Source: Paragordius varius
Lineage: Eukaryota > Animalia > Nematomorpha
DNA: 64,000 bases
Reading direction: 5' to 3'
Assembly: GCA_964247055.1 (NCBI GenBank)
Contig: OZ176055.1
Coordinates: forward strand, 5,890,001 to 5,954,000
Under the pieces are notes generated by a model, which saw only the letters and a list, made by a program, of their open reading frames with translations, was not told the origin of the DNA and made no database searches. The translations under genes were made by a program, and so were the position numbers. Position 1 is the stretch's first letter. The number at the start of each line of letters is the position of its first letter. This document shows positions 35,001-50,000 of the stretch, in pieces.

Positions 35001-38000
35001 TGGGAATATTATTTGATTGTTGAAAATATATGGTTGATTGTTGCAATCATTAAAATGTAATTGGGTAATATTATTTGATTGTTGGGAATATTATTTGATT
35101 GTTGAAAATATATGGTTGATTGTTGCAATCATTAAAATGTTAATAGGTAATATTATTTGATTGTTGGGAATATTATTTGATTGTTGAAAATATATGGTTG
35201 ATTGTTGCAATCATTAAAATGTAATTGGGTAATATTATTTGATTGTTGGGAATATTATTTGATTGTTGAAAATATATGGTTGATTGTTGCAATCATTAAA
35301 ATGTAATTGGGTAATATTATTTGATTGTTGGGAATATTATTTGATTGTTGGAAATATTATTTGATTGTTGAAAATATATGGTTGATTGTTGCCATCATTA
35401 AAATGTAATTGGGTAATATTATTTGATTGTTGGGAATATTATTTGATTGTTGGGAATATTATTTGATTGTTGAAAATATATGGTTGATTGTTGCAATCAT
35501 TAAAATGTTAATAGGTAATATTATTTGATTGTTGGGAATATTATTTGATTGTTGAAAATATATGGTTGATTGTTGCAATCATTAAAATGTAATTGGGTAA
35601 TATTATTTGATTGTTGGGAATATTATTTGATTGTTGAAAATATATGGTTGATTGTTGCAATCATTAAAATGTAATTGGGTAATATTATTTGATTGTTGGG
35701 AATATTATTTGATTGTTGAAAATATATGGTTGATTGTTGCCATCATTAAAATGTAATTGGGTAATATTATTTGATTGTTGGGAATATTATTTGATTGTTG
35801 AAAATATATGGTTGATTGTTGCAATCATTAAAATGTAATTGGGTAATATTATTTGATTGTTGGGAATATTATTTGATTGTTGGAAATATTATTTGATTGT
35901 TGAAAATATATGGTTGATTGTTGCCATCATTAAAATGTAATTGGGTAATATTATTTGATTGTTGGGAATATTATTTGATTGTTGGGAATATTATTTGATT
36001 GTTGAAAATATATGGTTGATTGTTGCAATCATTAAAATGTAATTGGGTAATATTATTTGATTGTTGGGAATATTATTTGATTGTTGGAAATATTATTTGA
36101 TTGTTGAAAATATATGGTTGATTGTTGCAATCATTAAAATGTAATTGGGTAATATTATTTGATTGTTGGGAATATTATTTGATTGTTGAAAATATATGGT
36201 TGATTGTTGCAATCATTAAAATGTTAATGGGTAATATTATTTGATTGTTGGGAATATTATTTGATTGTTGAAAATATATGGTTGATTGTTGCAATCATTA
36301 AAATGTAATTGGGTAATATTATTTGATTGTTGGGAATATTATTTGATTGTTGAAAATATATGGTTGATTGTTGCCATCATTAAAATGTAATTGGGTAATA
36401 TTATTTGATTGTTGGGAATATTATTTGATTGTTGAAAATATATGGTTGATTGTTGCAATCATTAAAATGTTAATGGGTAATATTATTTGATTGTTGGGAA
36501 TATTATTTGATTGTTGGGAATATTATTTGATTGTTGAAAATATATGGTTGATTGTTGCAATCATTAAAATGTAATTGGGTAATATTATTTGATTGTTGGG
36601 AATATTATTTGATTGTTGAAAATATATGGTTGATTGTTGCCATCATTAAAATGTAATTGGGTAATATTATTTGATTGTTGGGAATATTATTTGATTGTTG
36701 GAAATATTATTTGATTGTTGAAAATATATGGTTGATTGTTGCCATCATTAAAATGTAATTGGGTAATATTATTTGATTGTTGGGAATATTATTTGATTGT
36801 TGGGAATATTATTTGATTGTTGAAAATATATGGTTGATTGTTGCAATCATTAAAATGTAATTGGGTAATATTATTTGATTGTTGGGAATATTATTTGATT
36901 GTTGGAAATATTATTTGATTGTTGAAAATATATGGTTGATTGTTGCAATCATTAAAATGTAATTGGGTAATATTATTTGATTGTTGGGAATATTATTTGA
37001 TTGTTGAAAATATATGGTTGATTGTTGCAATCATTAAAATGTTAATGGGTAATATTATTTGATTGTTGGGAATATTATTTGATTGTTGGAAATATTATTT
37101 GATTGTTGAAAATATATGGTTGATTGTTGCCATCATTAAAATGTAATTGGGTAATATTATTTGATTGTTGGGAATATTATTTGATTGTTGGGAATATTAT
37201 TTGATTGTTGAAAATATATGGTTGATTGTTGCCATCATTAAAATGTAATTGGGTAATATTATTTGATTGTTGGGAATATTATTTGATTGTTGGAAATATT
37301 ATTTGATTGTTGAAAATATATGGTTGATTGTTGCCATCATTAAAATGTAATTGGGTAATATTATTTGATTGTTGGGAATATTATTTGATTGTTGGGAATA
37401 TTATTTGATTGTTGAAAATATATGGTTGATTGTTGCAATCATTAAAATGTAATTGGGTAATATTATTTGATTGTTGGGAATATTATTTGATTGTTGGAAA
37501 TATTATTTGATTGTTGAAAATATATGGTTGATTGTTGCAATCATTAAAATGTAATTGGGTAATATTATTTGATTGTTGGGAATATTATTTGATTGTTGAA
37601 AATATATGGTTGATTGTTGCAATCATTAAAATGTAATTGGGTAATATTATTTGATTGTTGGGAATATTATTTGATTGTTGGAAATATTATTTGATTGTTG
37701 AAAATATATGGTTGATTGTTGCCATCATTAAAATGTAATTGGGTAATATTATTTGATTGTTGGGAATATTATTTTATTGTTGGGAATATTATTTGATTGT
37801 TGAAAATATATGGTTGATTGTTGCAATCATTAAAATGTAATTGGGTAATATTATTTGATTGTTGGGAATATTATTTGATTGTTGGAAATATTATTTGATT
37901 GTTGAAAATATATGGTTGATTGTTGCAATCATTAAAATGTAATTGGGTAATATTATTTGATTGTTGGGAATATTATTTGATTGTTGGGAATATTATTTGA

Positions 38001-41000
38001 TTGTTGAAAATATATGGTTGATTGTTGCAATCATTAAAATGTAATTGGGTAATATTATTTGATTGTTGGGAATATTATTTGATTGTTGGGAATATTATTT
38101 GATTGTTGAAAATATATGGTTGATTGTTGCAATCATTAAAATGTTAATGGGTAATATTATTTGATTGTTGGGAATATTATTTGATTGTTGGGAATATTAT
38201 TTGATTGTTGAAAATATATGGTTGATTGTTGCAATCATTAAAATGTAATTGGGTAATATTATTTGATTGTTGGGAATATTATTTGATTGTTGGGAATATT
38301 ATTTGATTGTTGAAAATATATGGTTGATTGTTGCAATCATTAAAATGTAATTGGGTAATATTATTTGATTGTTGGGAATATTATTTGATTGTTGAAAATA
38401 TATGGTTGATTGTTGCCATCATTAAAATGTAATTGGGTAATATTATTTGATTGTTGGGAATATTATTTGATTGTTGGGAATATTATTTGATTGTTGAAAA
38501 TATATGGTTGATTGTTGCAATCATTAAAATGTAATTGGGTAATATTATTTGATTGTTGGGAATATTATTTGATTGTTGAAAATATATGGTTGATTGTTGC
38601 CATCATTAAAATGTAATTGGGTAATATTATTTGATTGTTGGGAATATTATTTGATTGTTGGAAATATTATTTGATTGTTGAAAATATATGGTTGATTGTT
38701 GCCATCATTAAAATGTAATTGGGTAATATTATTTGATTGTTGGGAATATTATTTGATTGTTGGGAATATTATTTGATTGTTGAAAATATATGGTTGATTG
38801 TTGCAATCATTAAAATGTTAATGGGTAATATTATTTGATTGTTGGGAATATAATTTGATTGTTGAAAATATATGGTTGATTGTTGCAAACATTAAAATAT
38901 TAATGGGTAATATTATTTGATTGTTGGGAATATTATTTGATTGTTGAAAATATATGGTTGATTGTTGCAAACATTAAAATATTATTAGGTAATATTATTT
39001 GATTGTTGGGAATATAATTTGATTGTTGAAAATATATGGTTGATTGTTGAAAATATTAAAATGTAATTGGGTAATATTATTTGATTGTTGGGAATATTAT
39101 TTGATTGTTGAAAATATATGGTTGATTGTTGCAAACATTAAAATGTAATTAGGTAATATTATTTGATTTTTGGGAATATTATATTATTGTTGAAAATATA
39201 TGGTTGATTGTTGCAATCATTAAAATGTAATTGGGTAATATTATTTGATTGTTGGGAATATTATTTGATTGTTGAAAATATATGGTTGATTGTTGCAATC
39301 ATTAAAATGTAATTGGGTAATATTATTTGATTGTTGGGAATATTATTTGATTGTTGGAAATATTATTTGATTGTTGAAAATATATGGTTGATTGTTGCCA
39401 TCATTAAAATGTAATTGGGTAATATTATTTGATTGTTGGGAATATTATTTTATTGTTGGGAATATTATTTGATTGTTGAAAATATATGGTTGATTGTTGC
39501 AATCATTAAAATGTAATTGAGTAATATTATTTGATTGTTGGGAATATTATTTGATTGTTGGAAATATTATTTGATTGTTGAAAATATATGGTTGATTGTT
39601 GCAATCATTAAAATGTAATTGGGTAATATTATTTGATTGTTGGGAATATTATTTGATTGTTGGGAATATTATTTGATTGTTGAAAATATATGGTTGATTG
39701 TTGCAATCATTAAAATGTAATTGGGTAATATTATTTGATTGTTGGGAATATTATTTGATTGTTGAAAATATATGGTTGATTGTTGCAATCATTAAAATGT
39801 TAATGGGTAATATTATTTGATTGTTGGGAATATTATTTGATTGTTGGGAATATTATTTGATTGTTGAAAATATATGGTTGATTGTTGCAATCATTAAAAT
39901 GTAATTGGGTAATATTATTTGATTGTTGGGAATATTATTTGATTGTTGAAAATATATGGTTGATTGTTGCAATCATTAAAATGTTAATGGGTAATATTAT
40001 TTGATTGTTGGGAATATTATTTGATTGTTGGGAATATTATTTGATTGTTGAAAATATATGGTTGATTGTTGCAATCATTAAAATGTAATTGGGTAATATT
40101 ATTTGATTGTTGGGAATATTATTTGATTGTTGAAAATATATGGTTGATTGTTGCCATCATTAAAATGTAATTGGGTAATATTATTTGATTGTTGGGAATA
40201 TTATTTGATTGTTGGGAATATTATTTGATTGTTGAAAATATATGGTTGATTGTTGCAATCATTAAAATGTTAATGGGTAATATTATTTGATTGTTGGGAA
40301 TATAATTTGATTGTTGAAAATATATGGTTGATTGTTGCAAACATTAAAATATTAATGGGTAATATTATTTGATTGTTGGGAATATTATTTGATTGTTGAA
40401 AATATATGGTTGATTGTTGCAAACATTAAAATATTATTAGGTAATATTATTTGATTGTTGGGAATATAATTTGATTGTTGAAAATATATGGTTGATTGTT
40501 GAAAATATTAAAATGTAATTGGGTAATATTATTTGATTGTTGGGAATATTATTTGATTGTTGAAAATATATGGTTGATTGTTGCAAACATTAAAATGTAA
40601 TTAGGTAATATTATTTGATTTTTGGGAATATTATATTATTGTTGAAAATATATGGTTGATTGTTGAAAATATTAAAATGTAATTGGGAAATATTATTTGA
40701 TTGTTGGGAATATTATTTGATTGTTGAAAATATATGGTTGATTGTTGAAATTATTAAAATGTAATTGGGTAATATTATTTCATTGTTGGGAATATTATTT
40801 GATTGTTGAAAATATATGGTTGATTGTTGTAAACATTAGAATGTAATTGGGTAATATTATTTGATTGTTGAAAATATATGGTTGATTGTTGAAAACATTA
40901 AAATGTAACTGGCTATAATTATTTGATTGTTGGGAATATTATTTGATTGTTGAAAATATATGGTTGATTATTGCAAACATTAAAATGTAATTGGGTAATA

Positions 41001-44000
41001 TTATTAGTTTGTTGGGAATATTATTTGATTGTTGAAAATATATGGTTGATTGTTGAAAACATTAAAATGTAATTGGCTATAATTATTTGATTGTTGGGAA
41101 TATTATTTGATTGTTGAAAATATATGGTTGATTATTGCAAACATTAAAATGTAATTGGGTAATATTATTAGTTTGGTGGGAATATTATTTGATTGTTGAA
41201 AATATATGGTTGATTGTTGTAAACATTAAAATGTTAATGGGTAATATTATTTGATTGTTGAAAATATATGGTTGATTGTTGTAAACCTTAAAATGTTAAT
41301 GGGTAATATTATTTGATTGTTGGGAATAATATTTGATTGTTGAAAATATATGGTTGATTGTTGCAAACATTAAAATATAATTGGGTAATATTATTTGATT
41401 GTTGGGAATATTATTTGATTGTTGAAAATATATGGTTGATTGTTGAAATTATTAAAATGTAATTGGGTAATATTATTTCATTGTTGGGAATATTATTTGA
41501 TTGTTGAAAATATATGGTTGATTGTTGAAAATATTAAAATGTAATTGGGTAATATTATTTGATTGTTGGGAATATTATTTGGTTGTTAGAAATATATGGT
41601 TAATTGTTGCAAACATTAAAATATAATTGGGTAATATTATTTGATTGTTGGGAATATTATTTGATTGTTGAAAATATATGGTTGATTGTTGAAATTATTA
41701 AAATGTAATTGGGTAATATTATTTGATTGTTGGGAATATTATTTGATTGTTGAAAATATATGGTTGATTGTTGTAAACATTAAAATGTAATTGGGTATTA
41801 TTATTTGATAGTTGGGAATATAATTTGATTATTGAAAATATATGGTTAAATGTTGAAAACATTAAAATGTTAATGGGTAATATTATTTGATTGTTGGGAA
41901 TATTATTTGATTGTTGAAAATATATGGTTGATTGTTGAAAATATTAAAATGTAATTGGGTAATATTATTTGATTGTTGGGAATATTATTTGATTGTTGAA
42001 AATATATGGTTGATTGTTGAAATTATTAAAATGTAATTGGGTAATATTATTTCATTGTTGGGAATATTATTTGATTGTTGAAAATATATGGTTGATTGTT
42101 GAAAATATTAAAATGTAATTGGGTAATATTATTTGATTGTTGGGAATATTATTTGGTTGTTAGAAATATATGGTTAATTGTTGCAAACATTAAAATATAA
42201 TTGGGTAATATTATTTGATTGTTGGGAATATTATTTGATTGTTGAAAATATATGGTTGATTGTTGAAATTATTAAAATGTAATTGGGTAATATTATTTGA
42301 TTGTTGGGAATATTATTTGATTGTTGAAAATATATGGTTGATTGTTGTAAACATTAAAATGTAATTGGGTATTATTATTTGATAGTTGGGAATATAATTT
42401 GATTATTGAAAATATATGGTTAAATGTTGAAAACATTAAAATGTTAATGGGTAATATTATTTGATTGTTGGGAATATTATTTGATTGTTGAAAATATATG
42501 GTTGATTGTTGAAAATATTAAAATGTAATTGGGTAATATTATTTGATTGTTGGGAATATTATTTGATTGTTGAAAATATATGGTTGATTGTTGAAATTAT
42601 TAAAATGTAATTGGGTAATATTATTTCATTGTTGGGAATATTATTTGATTGTTGAAAATATATGGTTGATTGTTGAAAATATTAAAATGTAATTGGGTAA
42701 TATTATTTGATTGTTGGGAATATTATTTGATTGTTGAAAATATATGGTTGATTGTTGCAAACATTAAAATGTAATTAGGTAATATTATTTGATTGTTGGG
42801 AATATTATTTGATTGTTAAAAATATATGGTTGATTGTTGTAAACATAAAAATGTAATTGGGTATTATTATTTGATTGTTGGGAATATTAATTGATTGTGG
42901 AAAATATATGGTTGATTGTTGGAAACATTAAAATGTAATTGGGTAATATTTATTGATTGTTGGGAATATTATTTGATTGTTGAAAATATATGGTTGATTG
43001 TTGAAAATATTAAAATGTAATTGGGTAATATTATTTCATTGTTGGGAATATTATATTATTGTTGAAAATATATGGTTGATTGTTGAAAATATTAAAATGT
43101 AATTGGGTAATATTATTTGATTGTTGGGAATATTATTTGATTGTTGAAAATATATAGTTGATTGTTGTAAACATTAAATTGTAATTGTTATTATTTGATT
43201 GTTGGGAATATTATTTGATTGTTGAAAAAATATGGTTGATTGTTGTAAACATTAAATTGTAATTGTTATTATTTGATTGTTGAGAATATTATTTGATTGT
43301 TGAAAATATATATCGTTAATTGTTCTAAACATTAAAATGTAATTGGGTAATATTATTTGATTGTTGGGAATATTATTTGGTTGTTGAAAATATATGGTTG
43401 ATTGTTGTAAACATTAAATTGTAATTGTTATTATTTGATTGTTGGGAATATTATTTGATTGTTGAAAAAATATGGTTGATTGTTGTAAACATTAAAATGT
43501 AATTGGGTAATTATTTGATTGTTGAAAATATATATCGTTAATTGTTCTAAACATTAAAATGTAATTGGGTAATTATTCGATTGTTGGGAATATTATTTGA
43601 TTGTTGAAAATATATGGTTGATTGTTGCAAACATTATAATGTAATTGGGTATTATTATTTGATTGTTGAAAATATATGGTTGATTGTTGTAAACATTAAA
43701 ATGTAATTGTTATTATTTGATTGTTGGGAATATTATTTGATTGTTGAAAATATATGGTTGATTGTTGTAAACATTAAATTGTAATTGTTATTATTTGATT
43801 GTTGGGAATATTATTTGATTGTTGAAAAAATATGGTTGATTGTTGTAAACATTAAAATGTAATTGTTATTATTTGATTGTTGGGAATTATATTTGATTGT
43901 TGAAAAAATATGGTTGATTGTTGTAAACATTAAAATGTAATTGAGTAATATTATTAGTTTGTTGGGAATATTATTTGATTGTTTTAAATATATGGTTGAT

Positions 44001-47000
44001 TGTTGTAAACATTAAAATGTTAATGGGTAATATTATTTGCTTGTTTTGAACATTATTTGATTGTTGAAAATATATGGTTGATTGTTGGGAATATTATTTG
44101 ATTGTTGAAAAAATATGGTTGATTGTTGTAAACATTAAAATGTAATTGGGTAATATTATTTGCTTGTTGGGAACATTATTTGATTTATGGTTGATTGTTG
44201 GGAATATTATTTGATTGTTGAAAAAATATGGTTGATTGTTGTAAACATTAAAATGTAATTGGGTAATATTATTTGCTTGTTGGGAATATTATTTGATTGT
44301 TGAAAATATATGGTTGATTGTTGTAAACATTAAAATGTAATTGTTATTATTTGATTGTTGGGAATATTATTTGATTGTTGAAAAAATATGGTTGTTTGTT
44401 GTAAACATTAAAATGTAATTGTTATTATTTGATTGTTGGGAATATTATTTGATTGTTGAAAATATATGGTTGTTTGTTGTAAACATTAAAATGTAATTGT
44501 TATTATTTGATTGTTGGGAATATTATTTGATTGTTGAAAAAATATGGTTGTTTGTTGTAAACATTAAAATGTAATTGTTATTATTTGATTGTTGGGAATA
44601 TTATTTGATTGTTGAAAAAATATGGTTGTTTGTTGTAAACATTAAAATGTAATTGTTATTATTTGATTGTTGGGAATATTATTTGATTGTTGAAAATATA
44701 TGGTTGATTGTTGTAAACATTAAATTGTAATTGTTATTATTTGATATTGTTGGGAATATTATTTGATTGTTGAAAATATATATCGTTAATTGTTCTAAAC
44801 ATTAAAATGTAATTGGGTAATATTATTTGATTGTTGGGAATATTATTTGATTGTTGAAAATATATGGTTGATTGTTGGGAATATTATTTGATTGTTGAAA
44901 ATATATGGTTGATTGTTGTAAACATTAAATTGTAATTGTTATTATTTGATATTGTTGGGAATATTATTTCATTGTTGAAAATATATATCGTTAATTGTTC
45001 TAAACATTAAAATGTAATTGGGTAATATTATTTGATTGTTGGGAATATTATTTGATTGTTGAAAATATATATCGTTAATTATTCTAAACATTAAAATGTA
45101 ATTGGGTAATATTATTTGCTTGTTGGGAATATTATTTGATTGTTGAAAATATATGGTTGATTGTTGTAAACATTAAAATGTAATTGGGTAATATTATTTG
45201 CTTGTTGGGAACATTATTTGATTGTTGAAAATATATGGTTGATTGTTGGGAATATTATTTGATTGTTGAAAAAATATGGTTGATTGTTGTAAACATTAAA
45301 ATGTAATTGGGTAATATTATTTGCTTGTTGGGAATATTATTTGATTGTTGAAAATATATGGTTGATTGTTGTAAACATTAAAATGTAATTGGGTAATATT
45401 ATTTGCTTGTTGGGAATATTATTTGATTGTTGAAAATATATGGTTGATTGTTGTAAACATTAAATTGTAATTGTTATTATTTGATTGTTGGGAATATTAT
45501 TTGATTGTTGAAAAAATATGGTTGATTGTTGTAAACATTAAAATGTAATTGTTATTATTTGATTGTTGGGAATATTATTTGATTGTTGAAAATATATGGT
45601 TGATTGTTGTAAACATTAAATTGTAACTGGCTATAATTATTTGATTGTTGGGAATATTATTTGATTGTTGAAAATATATGGTTGATTATTGCAAACATTA
45701 AAATGTAATTGGGTAATATTATTAGTTTGTTGGGAATATTATTTGATTGTTGAAAATATATGGTTGATTGTTGAAAACATTAAAATGTAATTGGCTATAA
45801 TTATTTGATTGTTGGGAATATTATTTGATTGTTGAAAATATATGGTTGATTATTGCAAACATTAAAATGTAATTGGGTAATATTATTAGTTTGGTGGGAA
45901 TATTATTTGATTGTTGAAAATATATGGTTGATTGTTGTAAACATTAAAATGTTAATGGGTAATATTATTTGATTGTTGAAAATATATGGTTGATTGTTGT
46001 AAACCTTAAAATGTTAATGGGTAATATTATTTGATTGTTGGGAATAATATTTGATTGTTGAAAATATATGGTTGATTGTTGCAAACATTAAAATATAATT
46101 GGGTAATATTATTTGATTGTTGGGAATATTATTTGATTGTTGAAAATATATGGTTGATTGTTGAAATTATTAAAATGTAATTGGGTAATATTATTTCATT
46201 GTTGGGAATATTATTTGATTGTTGAAAATATATGGTTGATTGTTGAAAATATTAAAATGTAATTGGGTAATATTATTTGATTGTTGGGAATATTATTTGG
46301 TTGTTAGAAATATATGGTTAATTGTTGCAAACATTAAAATATAATTGGGTAATATTATTTGATTGTTGGGAATATTATTTGATTGTTGAAAATATATGGT
46401 TGATTGTTGAAATTATTAAAATGTAATTGGGTAATATTATTTGATTGTTGGGAATATTATTTGATTGTTGAAAATATATGGTTGATTGTTGTAAACATTA
46501 AAATGTAATTGGGTATTATTATTTGATAGTTGGGAATATAATTTGATTATTGAAAATATATGGTTAAATGTTGAAAACATTAAAATGTTAATGGGTAATA
46601 TTATTTGATTGTTGGGAATATTATTTGATTGTTGAAAATATATGGTTGATTGTTGAAAATATTAAAATGTAATTGGGTAATATTATTTGATTGTTGGGAA
46701 TATTATTTGATTGTTGAAAATATATGGTTGATTGTTGAAATTATTAAAATGTAATTGGGTAATATTATTTCATTGTTGGGAATATTATTTGATTGTTGAA
46801 AATATATGGTTGATTGTTGAAAATATTAAAATGTAATTGGGTAATATTATTTGATTGTTGGGAATATTATTTGGTTGTTAGAAATATATGGTTAATTGTT
46901 GCAAACATTAAAATATAATTGGGTAATATTATTTGATTGTTGGGAATATTATTTGATTGTTGAAAATATATGGTTGATTGTTGAAATTATTAAAATGTAA

Positions 47001-50000
47001 TTGGGTAATATTATTTGATTGTTGGGAATATTATTTGATTGTTGAAAATATATGGTTGATTGTTGTAAACATTAAAATGTAATTGGGTATTATTATTTGA
47101 TAGTTGGGAATATAATTTGATTATTGAAAATATATGGTTAAATGTTGAAAACATTAAAATGTTAATGGGTAATATTATTTGATTGTTGGGAATATTATTT
47201 GATTGTTGAAAATATATGGTTGATTGTTGAAAATATTAAAATGTAATTGGGTAATATTATTTGATTGTTGGGAATATTATTTGATTGTTGAAAATATATG
47301 GTTGATTGTTGAAATTATTAAAATGTAATTGGGTAATATTATTTCATTGTTGGGAATATTATTTGATTGTTGAAAATATATGGTTGATTGTTGAAAATAT
47401 TAAAATGTAATTGGGTAATATTATTTGATTGTTGGGAATATTATTTGATTGTTGAAAATATATGGTTGATTGTTGCAAACATTAAAATGTAATTAGGTAA
47501 TATTATTTGATTGTTGGGAATATTATTTGATTGTTAAAAATATATGGTTGATTGTTGTAAACATAAAAATGTAATTGGGTATTATTATTTGATTGTTGGG
47601 AATATTAATTGATTGTGGAAAATATATGGTTGATTGTTGGAAACATTAAAATGTAATTGGGTAATATTTATTGATTGTTGGGAATATTATTTGATTGTTG
47701 AAAATATATGGTTGATTGTTGAAAATATTAAAATGTAATTGGGTAATATTATTTCATTGTTGGGAATATTATATTATTGTTGAAAATATATGGTTGATTG
47801 TTGAAAATATTAAAATGTAATTGGGTAATATTATTTGATTGTTGGGAATATTATTTGATTGTTGAAAATATATAGTTGATTGTTGTAAACATTAAATTGT
47901 AATTGTTATTATTTGATTGTTGGGAATATTATTTGATTGTTGAAAAAATATGGTTGATTGTTGTAAACATTAAATTGTAATTGTTATTATTTGATTGTTG
48001 AGAATATTATTTGATTGTTGAAAATATATATCGTTAATTGTTCTAAACATTAAAATGTAATTGGGTAATATTATTTGATTGTTGGGAATATTATTTGGTT
48101 GTTGAAAATATATGGTTGATTGTTGTAAACATTAAATTGTAATTGTTATTATTTGATTGTTGGGAATATTATTTGATTGTTGAAAAAATATGGTTGATTG
48201 TTGTAAACATTAAAATGTAATTGGGTAATTATTTGATTGTTGAAAATATATATCGTTAATTGTTCTAAACATTAAAATGTAATTGGGTAATTATTCGATT
48301 GTTGGGAATATTATTTGATTGTTGAAAATATATGGTTGATTGTTGCAAACATTATAATGTAATTGGGTATTATTATTTGATTGTTGAAAATATATGGTTG
48401 ATTGTTGTAAACATTAAAATGTAATTGTTATTATTTGATTGTTGGGAATATTATTTGATTGTTGAAAATATATGGTTGATTGTTGTAAACATTAAATTGT
48501 AATTGTTATTATTTGATTGTTGGGAATATTATTTGATTGTTGAAAAAATATGGTTGATTGTTGTAAACATTAAAATGTAATTGTTATTATTTGATTGTTG
48601 GGAATTATATTTGATTGTTGAAAAAATATGGTTGATTGTTGTAAACATTAAAATGTAATTGAGTAATATTATTAGTTTGTTGGGAATATTATTTGATTGT
48701 TTTAAATATATGGTTGATTGTTGTAAACATTAAAATGTTAATGGGTAATATTATTTGCTTGTTTTGAACATTATTTGATTGTTGAAAATATATGGTTGAT
48801 TGTTGGGAATATTATTTGATTGTTGAAAAAATATGGTTGATTGTTGTAAACATTAAAATGTAATTGGGTAATATTATTTGCTTGTTGGGAACATTATTTG
48901 ATTTATGGTTGATTGTTGGGAATATTATTTGATTGTTGAAAAAATATGGTTGATTGTTGTAAACATTAAAATGTAATTGGGTAATATTATTTGCTTGTTG
49001 GGAATATTATTTGATTGTTGAAAATATATGGTTGATTGTTGTAAACATTAAAATGTAATTGTTATTATTTGATTGTTGGGAATATTATTTGATTGTTGAA
49101 AAAATATGGTTGTTTGTTGTAAACATTAAAATGTAATTGTTATTATTTGATTGTTGGGAATATTATTTGATTGTTGAAAATATATGGTTGTTTGTTGTAA
49201 ACATTAAAATGTAATTGTTATTATTTGATTGTTGGGAATATTATTTGATTGTTGAAAAAATATGGTTGTTTGTTGTAAACATTAAAATGTAATTGTTATT
49301 ATTTGATTGTTGGGAATATTATTTGATTGTTGAAAAAATATGGTTGTTTGTTGTAAACATTAAAATGTAATTGTTATTATTTGATTGTTGGGAATATTAT
49401 TTGATTGTTGAAAATATATGGTTGATTGTTGTAAACATTAAATTGTAATTGTTATTATTTGATATTGTTGGGAATATTATTTGATTGTTGAAAATATATA
49501 TCGTTAATTGTTCTAAACATTAAAATGTAATTGGGTAATATTATTTGATTGTTGGGAATATTATTTGATTGTTGAAAATATATGGTTGATTGTTGGGAAT
49601 ATTATTTGATTGTTGAAAATATATGGTTGATTGTTGTAAACATTAAATTGTAATTGTTATTATTTGATATTGTTGGGAATATTATTTCATTGTTGAAAAT
49701 ATATATCGTTAATTGTTCTAAACATTAAAATGTAATTGGGTAATATTATTTGATTGTTGGGAATATTATTTGATTGTTGAAAATATATATCGTTAATTAT
49801 TCTAAACATTAAAATGTAATTGGGTAATATTATTTGCTTGTTGGGAATATTATTTGATTGTTGAAAATATATGGTTGATTGTTGTAAACATTAAAATGTA
49901 ATTGGGTAATATTATTTGCTTGTTGGGAACATTATTTGATTGTTGAAAATATATGGTTGATTGTTGGGAATATTATTTGATTGTTGAAAAAATATGGTTG

